From: Prasinococcaceae sp. CCMP 1430
Taxonomy: Eukaryota > Plantae > Prasinodermophyta
Reading direction: 5' to 3'
Assembly: GCA_013416795.1 (NCBI GenBank)
Contig: RQSC01001211.1
Coordinates: forward strand, 19,743 to 48,762
DNA: 29,020 bases
In this document: positions 19,575-28,179 of the stretch, piece after piece
Layout: every line of letters begins with the position of its first letter
How positions within the stretch are numbered: the stretch's first letter is position 1
Translations under genes and position numbers: made by a program
Notes under the pieces: generated by a model
The model's input: only the letters and a program-made list of their open reading frames with translations
Databases searched by the model: none
Told to the model about the DNA's origin: nothing

Positions 19575-21209
19575 ATGGGCGTGCGCGGTGGTGGGAAGGG
19601 GCGCGCGCGCAGCGGCGGCGCGGCGAGAGGCACGCGCAGCGGCAGCGGGGACAGTGACAGCGGGGGCGACGGGGGCGGCAGGGGCAGGAGGGGCAAAGCG
19701 GCAGCGCGGCTGGGACGCGACCAGCAACAGCAACGCGCGCCCGTGACAGCGGTGTCGGTGGGCATGGCAGCAGCGAGTGCGCTGGCGCTCATCGCGTTCG
19801 TCGTGTTTGCCACTTTGCGCGGCGCCCCCGAGGCGGCAAGCGCGGAGGGCGCGACGGCGGCCACCTCGCACCATATGCTCGCGACAAAAGTCGATGGCAC
19901 CGCTGTCGTCGTGCCGCGGCTCTACGCACACTCAGTGGTCGCAAGCTACCCGCATGATCACGGGTGTTTCTCTCAGGGCCTCACATTTGCGCCTGCGGAA
20001 GCGAAACCCGCCGCGGCAAACGGTGCCGTGCTTTATGAGTCGTGCGGCATGTATCGACGCTCGCAAGTCCGTGCCGTCGATCTCAAGAGCGGCGAGGTGT
20101 TGGTGTCCGCCGCCAACGACGATCACGATTTCGGGGAGGGGCTTGCCCTTGCGCCTGGTGATCCCAGCTCCATAGGTGTTAAGAACAGCAGTGGCGGCGG
20201 CGCTGAAGCTGGTGGCAACGCGTGGACGGTGTACCAGCTGCTTTGGCACACCAACATGGTGAAGACGTACACTGCCGCGACGCTGCAGCCTGGACCGCTC
20301 GTGTACACGTCGATGCCCGGCGACAGGAAACAGCCAAACGGCTTGCCTGTGCCTGGTGGCGATGGTTGGGGGCTCGCCTTCGACGGCACGCACTTGATTG
20401 GGTCAGGTGCGCCCTCGCATGCGCGTGCGTGATGCGACGCATGGCGTGCGTGATGCGCTGTCGGCTTCGTGAGAGACTCGCTGACGCCGATGTTGCTGCC
20501 CGCCTGCGCTTGCGCCCCGCGCTGCCGTCGCTTCGGACTATCACTTTCGCGCGCGCGGTGCTTTATTCGCTTCATTCACTCCTCCGTGCGCGGGCCGTAC
20601 CTTCCCACCGCTTTTGCACAGACGCGACGTCGACGCTGTACTTTTATGAGCCGCGCACGATGGCAGAGGTGCGCAGAGTGACGGTCCAGGATGAGGGCCA
20701 GCCGGTCAAGTGGCTGAATGGTGCGGGCGCCGCGCTGCTAGCTCCTCGCTTCTCGCTTTCTAGTTCGTTCTTTCCTGCGCGCGCATACACTGACGCGATG
20801 CATGTGACCGAGGCTCTGCACATGCTGACGCGCGTGTGTGCCTCTTCGCGCTGTAGAGCTTGAGGTGATCCACGGCGAAGTGTGGGCGAATATCTGGCAA
20901 CGTGACTGCATTGCCCGCATCGATCCGGCGAGCGGCGCGGTGACTGGCTGGGTGCTGCTCACGGGTCTGGAGGCCGACGCAGCGGCGCACATGCCTAAGG
21001 ACACGAACGTGCGCATGGACGTGCTCAACGGCATTGCGTTCGACTCGTGGGGCAATGAGACGATAGATGGAGGGCGAATTTTTGTCACTGGCAAGCAATG
21101 GCCGAGGCTCTACGAGATAACTGTGCAAGAGCTCGGCTGGCCTGGCCAGATGGACCTTGCCACCGTCCGCAAGCACTGCATCATCCCAGAGCACATGCGC
21201 ACGCCCTAA
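19575..21209 (+). CDS. QCT: Plant/bacterial-type (beta-propeller) glutaminyl-peptide cyclotransferase with an N-terminal signal anchor, 427 aa
   Basis: Motifs YPHD..FSQGL, YESCG, FGEGL, YQLLW, GWGL, SD.TSTLYF, LNELE, ANIW, VLNGIA and VTGKQWP. Exons 19575-20406, 20622-20720 and 20857-21209; introns 20407-20621 and 20721-20856 (both phase 1). TM segment SALALIAFVVFATL. Confidence 0.93.
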
Positions 21210-21420
21210 TAATAATATCGAACCCATTGCGCATCGAGTGGCAGAGAATTACTGACGTGGTATCTGTTGCGTGCTGTCCTTGTCACCGCACCAGTTCATG
21301 ACTGCGTGCGGCCGTGCCGTAGCAGGGATGGTAGTGTTGGCGAGTGTGAGTGAGTGCATGTCTAACGGCCAGCTGCGCTGGGTGCCTGCGCCGGACCTCT
21401 CTCGCGCGGGCGCTGGCAAT

Positions 21421-22680
21421 CTAGCGCTTCATGGCCTGCGCCTGCATGAAGGAGTTGCGGATCTCGTTGCCCATGTCCGAGACGGCGCCAGGCGAGTGGT
21501 TGACGAAGACGGTGTTGCCCTGCCCGTTCTTCCCGCCCAAATCCCTGCAGGCGCGCGCGAACGAGGCGCCGTGCGATCGCGCGGTCGCGCGCGGGATGCA
21601 CAAGCACGGTCAGCACTTGGTCGCGTTCGCGACGGGGGGCGCGCGCGCGCGCGCGTCGCGCGCGCTAGGACGCACTTAAGGACGTCGAAGTACTGCGTCA
21701 TGAGCATCATCTCGATGACCTCGCGCGGCGTGGTGTCGGCCACCTCGCCCGAGAAAGACACGATGGACTGGCGGAGGCCATCCACAATGGCCTTGCGCTG
21801 GCGCGCGATACCAGTGCCTGCCAGGTACTTCGACTCCGCGTCGGCCTCGGCCTCCTTCACAACCTTGATCTTCATGGCATCCGCCTGGTACTGCGCAGCG
21901 TCCTGCATGCGCTTGGCAGCGTTGATCTCGTTCATCGACTGCTTCACGCGCGAGTCAGGCTCCACGTCGGTGACCATCACGTTGGTGATCAGGTAGCCAT
22001 ACTTCTCCATGACGCTCTTGAGGGACGTCATGGTATCATGCGCGAGCTCCTCCTTGGACTCGAAGGTCTCATCGAGGGTGAGCTTGGGAAGCGTCGAGCG
22101 CACCGTGTCGAAAACCACGCTGGTCATCATCGAGCGCGGGTTCTGCAGCTTGTAGAAAGCATCGAAAACGCGATCCTCCATGGCCACGTACTGCACCGCG
22201 ATGCGCACCGTCACGAACACGTTGTCCTGCGGGCGTTGAGTGGGTGAGGGTGCGGCGTGTGAACATTCGCACGTGTGCGCGCATACATGCGAGTGCAAGG
22301 GCGAAGGTGTCCGTGTCAGGTCATGCACACCTGCCGAACCCAGCGCATGCTTGGGCGCCCACGATCGCGCAGCAGGCGCACGCCACGTGCGCGCAGGAGG
22401 TGAGGCACGCGCTCTGCCGGTGGGGGCGGGCAGCACGCGGGCGCGCGCGCGCAGCGCGTGCTTGAGGCGCGCAGCGCCTGCGTGCGGCTCGCCCCACCTT
22501 GGTCTTGGTCTCCGCCTGCACGCCGACCTCCTGGATCTTCAGGCTGACGAGGCCCGCGACGTTCTCGCACGCGCACGGGTTGAGGAACATGCAGCCCGCA
22601 TCGGCGATGCGGTCATACTTGCCGCACCGCGTGATGACGCCCTTGTTGGACGTCTCAATGCACGTGAAACAGTTGCCCAT
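21421..22680 (-). CDS. HIR: Hypersensitive-induced response protein (SPFH/band-7), 285 aa
   Basis: MGNCFTC acylation-type N-terminus; ETKTK|DNVFV, KLTLDETFESK, EAESKYLAGTGIARQRKAIVDGL, MMLMTQYFD and VFVNHSPGAV. Exons 22498-22680, 21676-22226 and 21421-21544; introns 22227-22497 and 21545-21675; gccaccATGg start. Confidence 0.96.
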
Positions 22681-23525
22681 GGTGGCAGGTGGTGTGGGGA
22701 GCACGAGGGTAGGGGAGGGGAGGAGGGCGAGGGAGGACGGCGGTCGCGTGCACAGTGGCAGCCGCGACCACAGCTGCACCCCCCCGCGCGGCGCACCTCT
22801 CCGCCACCCCGCCTGCGTTCCCCCGCGCGCGCACCCGCGGCGCCGCGCTCCCCTCTCCCACATCAAGACCAATTCGCAGGCAGCGCCCTGCTGCTAGGGC
22901 GTCATGCGCCTGCTGCAGCGGAAGGCTGGAGCTTCCGCGGCCTCTGCGCATGTACAGCACAGCCGCGGCGGTTGTTATTCGCGGGTCCGCAGACAGCCAA
23001 TAGTCTAATTTCATCAGATCGAGTTCACCTGATCGACGCGCCGCACCGCACGCCCCACGCACCGGCCGCGCGCACGCCGCCGGCGGGGGGCTGTCCGCAC
23101 GCGGTGCTGGCCGGGGGGGATGGGAGCGACGTGGTGTTGCCGCCGACAGCTCGCAGCGCCGGGCGGATCGCGCCGCGGCGGTTGGGATGCCTCCGCGCGG
23201 CTGCGCTGGCCAGGCGGGCGCGTCGGCCATACGCCTCGGGGAACCGCCCCATTCGGAGTGACCTGCCAAAAACGAGTGCCTGAATTTTGGGTGAAGTGCA
23301 CTCCACAGAGCATTTTCGCATGCGTTTTAGCACGCGCAATTCCCCGTCAGGTTCTTAGGGTCAGAGGGCCGAGGCTGAGTTGCGTGTGATGGCGTCTCAG
23401 CATGCGGGTCAGCTTGAGGAGGGTTTGTGGGAGATGCGCTGATGATGAGAGGATCAAACGATGCATCGCGATGTCGATGGCTCGATGTGCTCGTGCTCGG
23501 GCAGTGCAGTGCTAGTCTCCACAGG

Positions 23526-23530
23526 TTACA
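23526..23530 (-). terminator. TGTAA poly(A)-type signal of Elongin A
   Basis: TTACA on +, about 50 nt past the stop at 23581. Confidence 0.5.
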
Positions 23531-23580
23531 ACAGCGTGCGGCATCAGTAGTGGGCGGGAGAGGGTGCGAAGGCGTCAGGC

Positions 23581-24585
23581 TCACAGCGTGATGCTCTCCT
23601 CGAACAGCCTCAGGCGCTTCCTGGCAGCCTTGACGGGAGGGTGTTTGGGCGTGGACGGGTCCGAGCGGCTGGCTCGGTGGCCGGCGGAGCCCGTGTTCTG
23701 CATCATGCCCATGCCGCTCCCGTTGGCCGAGGCGTTCGTCACCGTCTCTGCGGCGGGTTTCTTGAAGCCCGCCTTTGCGATGAGCGACTTGCTCAGTACG
23801 TGTTCTTGCTTGCGAGCCCCCGGCGCCGCGACGGCGCGTTTGATGCTTGACGCGAGGGTCGCCGGAGATCCGCCTCGAACGGCCTGTGCCTGCCGCCTTG
23901 CCGCGTCGAGCATCGCCTTTCCCTTCAGCGGCGCCGCTTTCGTCGCAGGGGACATGGCGATCCACTTGCCAACCTTCTTGGAGATGCGCATGCGCGCACT
24001 CGCCCCACCCGCGCTGGCCGCGCTCCTCGCGGGCGCGCGATTGACGGCCCCACCAGGCACTCGGATCGGCTTCCGGCGAGCACCACGATCAGTGGCGCTC
24101 GCATACTGCGGTGGCTTTCCCCTGCGCTTCACCACGCAGGCGACTCCCGGCAGCATTTTCGTCGTGTGCTGCGTCGCCTTCGCTGCAATGGCGGCGTACC
24201 GCTCCCGCAGGCGTGCGCCTGCCGCGTTCACGCTCGCTCGTTCGGCCGCTTCCAGTCGGTCGAAGATCGCGCGGGGGCACTCGCGAGCCGCGGCCGCGCG
24301 CAGCTCGCGCTCCGCCGACGCAAACCGCCGCCGCAGCGCCGCCTCCCAGTGCGGTCTTAGCAGGGGTGTGAGGTCGCGGTACGGCGCAGCCGCGGCCGTC
24401 ACGCGTCGAAGATCGTTCGGCTCCGCGCCGCGCATCACGTCCGCGACAATAGCATCCTGGAGGTAGCCCAGCTCGGACAGGTTGTGTCGGTGCTCGCGGA
24501 GCACGCGCACGCACGCGTGCACCAGGCTGCGAGCATCGCCGGTGCATGCGATGCCCGCGCCCGCGCCCCCGGCCTCGCACGCCAT
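23581..24585 (-). CDS. Elongin A-like protein (BC-box + Elongin A domain), 334 aa
   Basis: BC-box-like SLVHACVRVL, then LSELG...VADVM...NDLRRV...DLTPLLRPHW and ARLRERYAAIAAKATQHTTK; basic C-terminus. ATG 24585; the ORF track start at 24771 is not ATG. Confidence 0.78.
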   Translation of the reverse strand: MACEAGGAGAGIACTGDARSLVHACVRVLREHRHNLSELGYLQDAIVADVMRGAEPNDLRRVTAAAAPYRDLTPLLRPHWEAALRRRFASAERELRAAAARECPRAIFDRLEAAERASVNAAGARLRERYAAIAAKATQHTTKMLPGVACVVKRRGKPPQYASATDRGARRKPIRVPGGAVNRAPARSAASAGGASARMRISKKVGKWIAMSPATKAAPLKGKAMLDAARRQAQAVRGGSPATLASSIKRAVAAPGARKQEHVLSKSLIAKAGFKKPAAETVTNASANGSGMGMMQNTGSAGHRASRSDPSTPKHPPVKAARKRLRLFEESITL

Positions 24586-24794
24586 CGCCCCCGCGCCCGC
24601 GGCAGGCGCGGCGCGGCGCGGTGCGGCGCGGCGCGGCGAGTGCCACCGCCCCGCCACCCCATGCTCAACACCCTCGCCAGGTGCCTCGGGAGCTCCGGCA
24701 GTTGGGAGCGGCGAATGAGTCGCATGCATTTTGACCTGTGGACACATATGTCCGGAGGCCGATTGCCACAAATGAGGCAGGCGGTGCCGCCGGA

Positions 24795-24929
24795 GACGAC
24801 TTCTTGGTGAAGGCCGAAGGAGGCTACGTCAAGCTTGAGGCTGATTTGTACATCAAGCTGAAGGGCCCCGTCATCAAGCTTGTGAGCCTGCCCAGCAGTG
24901 AGACCTCGAGCTCAAGCAACGAGCTCTCG

Positions 24930-24932
<3 letters not shown>
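24795..24932 (+). pseudogene. Orphan coding-biased fragment DDFLVKAEGGYVKLEADLYIKLKGPVIKLVSLPSSETSSSSNELSP
   Basis: 38/46 codons are G/C at position 3 versus 17/46 at position 2; no in-frame ATG; runs into a G33 tract. It may be an unrecognised exon rather than a pseudogene. Confidence 0.35.

Positions 24933-24964
<32 letters not shown>
24932..24964. repeat. G33 homopolymer
   Basis: Direct read. Confidence 0.9.
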
Positions 24965-24966
<2 letters not shown>

Positions 24967-25160
24967 AGAGCGCTTTCTCGCCACACGCTTACCCCACAGC
25001 CTCTGCTGAGAATTGGCAAGGCGAGCTGCGGCGGCACAAGCCGAGGTGTTTTGGCGCCGCCGCTGGAGTCTGGCGCCGTGACTCTAGTCGATCTGCGGCC
25101 TCGACTGTGTGCCGCTCCGTCCACGTCATAAACAATGCAACATACTTGTACAAGGATCGC

Positions 25161-26389
25161 TCAGTCCGCCGCTCGCATGACGCCATCCCTCGGCCGGCCA
25201 GCGCGTTTGGCGTTGATGCACCTCTGCAGCGCGGCACTGTCGCGCCGGTAGAAATACGCGATCGCGCCATCTGGATAGCGTGCCGGATGTCCGGGCGATA
25301 CCGCCTCACGCAGCGCCAGCCACCCGCCGTCGCTGCCTGCCATTGCGGCGTCGAAGGCATTTTTGAGCACGCTGCGATCGCGTTCGGCGCGTATGCACGT
25401 GTCAACGCGCATGCGTAAGTGCGCATGCAGGCATGCGCACAGAGCGCCGATGTCTGCGCACGCAGGCCCAGGAGCGAGAGCACCGTACCTGGCCCTGTTC
25501 GCGCCCGATGCGCGTGCCACGGCCTCTGGCAGCGCCATCTGCTCAGGTGGCGAAGCCGCGTCAACGCCGACCTCCGCCGGGTCGGCATCCAGCAGCACGA
25601 GCGCGCGGAGTGCGCACCATTGCCCGTGCTTTGGGTGCACGCACAAGTGCGACGCCTCGTCGAGATGGTACGCGCCGCTCACCGAGGCCAGACGCTGCAT
25701 CGCAACCAGCCTGCCAGAGGCGGTTTCGTGCGCAAAGTAAAGTTTGCTGCGAGAGGCGCGGCGCGGCGTCAGAGGCAGGCTGCATGCCGTGGACTTCCAG
25801 CGCGGGCGAGTGCGTCGATGGGCACTATTGCTGCACGCTCGCGAGCACGATCATCCCACCCATGCACTCTGAATATGCGCACCTGCTCCCCGCACCAAGT
25901 CCGCCTGTCTTCTCGGCTAAGCTCACGGCGCGCCGCACCGCACGCTCGACGAACTCGTCGACGGGATCCGCAGGCAGCGGCGCGCCGGCCGGTAGCAAGC
26001 CCGCCAGCTCCGCTGCGAGCGCGTCCCATAGCGGCGCGGCGGATCCCACGAGCACAGCGGCGCAGTCTTGCAGTGGCGAGTGGCGCGCGCGCGTCAGCAC
26101 AGAGGCTAGTGTTGGAAGCGCTGCATGGCCCTCAAGCAAACGCGTGCCTGGGTGCTGGGTGTGCGGGGACCTGCGAACGCGAGCCGGCCATTGCGTCCAG
26201 GAGCAGGGCCCTGACTTGCGCACCTGAGCGAGCACTGCTGCCCGCGGGCTGCAGCGCGTGGGTGGGCGCGGCAGCATTGTACCATGAGAGCGCGAGCAGC
26301 GCCTCGGCCTCGAGCCCGGCCAGGTGCAGTGCACGTGAGAGTGCGTCGAGCGCAGCGCGCGCGCCAGCCGCGGCCGGCGAGTCGCCCAT
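25161..26389 (-). CDS. MMACHC: MMACHC/CblC-like cobalamin-processing protein, 272 aa
   Basis: Ordered CblC-type motifs SWYN, AVLVGSAAPLWD, DPVDEFV, MQRLASVSG, CVHPKHGQWCALRALVLL and WLALREAV...RYPDGAIAYFY. Exons 26224-26389, 25883-26066, 25489-25746 and 25161-25371; introns 26067-26223 (AAG acceptor), 25747-25882 and 25372-25488; all phases are consistent. Confidence 0.82.
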
Positions 26390-26607
26390 TGCGAACGCTT
26401 CCGCACTCGCGCGTGCGCACGCTAGCGTGCGCGCGCGAGCGTGCGTGCGTGCGAGAGAGCGACGGGCATTCGCGCACTTGGCTGTGTGCGCGCTTGCTGG
26501 CCGCGCGCGCTGTGTGGCAATCCGATTTTCTGGCGCGCCAGACGTCGTACGCACTGCGGACCTCGCCGTCGCCAGGAGGGGCTGGGAGGGCGGGGGCGCC
26601 GTCGGCG

Positions 26608-28010
26608 ATGGCGGCGGCCGCCGCGGCGGCAGCGCTGCCGGCGCAACTCGCCGCCTCGAGTGCGCCTGTCCGGCGCGCCGCCACGCCCCTTCGCGGCGCA
26701 TCCCGCCATGGGCGCCGCCGAGCGCACCTGCCGGCGCCGACCCTGTCACATTTGCGACTTTCAACGCTGAGTGGCTCTTCGACGGCGAGAATGACCCCCC
26801 GGCGTCGCCTTGGAAGGGCGCCGGCGGCGGCGGCGATTGCCCGGGCGCTGCGGTCGACGGCGGCGCGTGCGACGCGTCCGCTGCAGAAAAGCACATCGCG
26901 CGAGTGGCCGAGGTCGTTGCGCGTGTCAGGCCCGACGTTCTCGCAGTCGTCGAGGCGGAGAGCTGTGATATCGTCAGACGCGTCGGGGCAGCCGCGGCGC
27001 TCATCGCGGGCAACGGCACCGGCCTAGATGAAACGAACGCCACCAGTCCATGGGAGGTGTACCTGGTCGAGGGCAGCGATTCATTCTTGCGGCAGCAGGT
27101 GGCGCTGCTGACGACGGTCGACCCGATCGAGGACCCGCGCCGCACCAACGAGCGCGAGGACTTCCCAATGCCTGGCTCGACGTGCGGGTCGACAGCGCGA
27201 GAGGATGACACCGGCGTGTCGAAGAATGTGATAGCGAGGTTCGTGTTTTTCTCGGGGAGTGGCAGCGCAGGCACGGTCGCGAGCGCTGCATCCTCGGCGA
27301 ACTCTTCAGCGCTGCCGCCATCGGCAGTCCCTGTCACCGTCATCAGCGCGCATCTGAAGGCTATTCCAACGGAGCCGCGCTCGTGCGCGCAACGTGAGGC
27401 CCAGGCGGCTGTGCTCGCACGCGAGGCGGCGTCGGCACTCGCAGCGGGCGATGAAGTCGTGCTCATGGGGGACATCAATGACTTTTTTGACAATGGCACG
27501 CTGGCCGATGTGGCGAGCAGCCGACCGACTAGCAGCGTTTTCAATATCTTGCAGGATCCAGACAATGACGGAGCCGTCGATCTGCTGCCAGCGATGGCCC
27601 TGCTCCCTCCGAGCAGCAGATACACTGCATGGTGGGACCACGCGCCCAAGGACGGCATCGACGAGGGCACCACAGAGCACTCGATGCTCGATCACATCCT
27701 GATGTCCAAGCACATGTACGACGCCATATCGCGCGTGTGGGTTGATCACACGCATGATCCGGCCATAGTATCGGACCATTGGCCGATTGCGGCGACTGTT
27801 GACATGGAACGCGTGCGTGTAGCCAGAGCATCGCCTGCGTCAGGCAGCGCCGCTCTCGGGCGCAGCCACCCGGGGCAACGCGCGCCGCGCGGACCGCGTG
27901 CGGGCGTGAGTGTCAGTACGCTCACGCTGTCGTGTGTGGCCGGCACGGCAGCACTGGCGGCATGCCTGCTGGGCGTGCGCTGGCATGGGCGCCGCGCTCG
28001 CAAGCTCTGA
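26608..28010 (+). CDS. Exonuclease/endonuclease/phosphatase (EEP, DNase I-like) family protein with a C-terminal TM segment; 5' end unresolved
   Basis: Catalytic motifs ATFNAEWL, LAVVE, SAHLK, MGDIND, LDHIL and SDHWPI; C-terminal TLTLSCVAGTAALAACLLGVRWHGRR. ATG 26608 is out of frame with the domain, which is clear from about 26740. Confidence 0.85.
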
Positions 28011-28107
28011 CGGCCAAACCCGTCGACACGAGGCCTCAGAGGTAGTCTAGCTAGCTAGAGTGACACATAGACTTAATACTTTCGCTCGTGGCGTTTGCCA
28101 TCTAATG

Positions 28108-28112
28108 TTACA
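28108..28112 (-). terminator. TGTAA poly(A)-type signal of the last gene
   Basis: TTACA on +, about 70 nt past the stop at 28180. Confidence 0.5.
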
Positions 28113-28179
28113 GTACATGTCTTGGCGGGCGCGCCTTCACGTGCCAGTCGCGCGTGCCTAGCGCGTGCGAGCCCTGCGT

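Noticed and set aside
20417-20459. Short tandem repeat of about 21 bp in QC intron 1
   Set aside because: An ordinary slippage duplication with no functional indication.
22681-22863. In-frame upstream ATG (22863) extending HIR by 61 aa
   Set aside because: ATG 22680 has an ideal context, gives the family-typical length and exposes the MGNC acylation motif; the extension looks like 5' UTR.
25419-26607. 5' half of the 863-aa + strand ORF
   Set aside because: It is antisense to the MMACHC-like exons and has no domain; only the part from about 26740 is the EEP domain.
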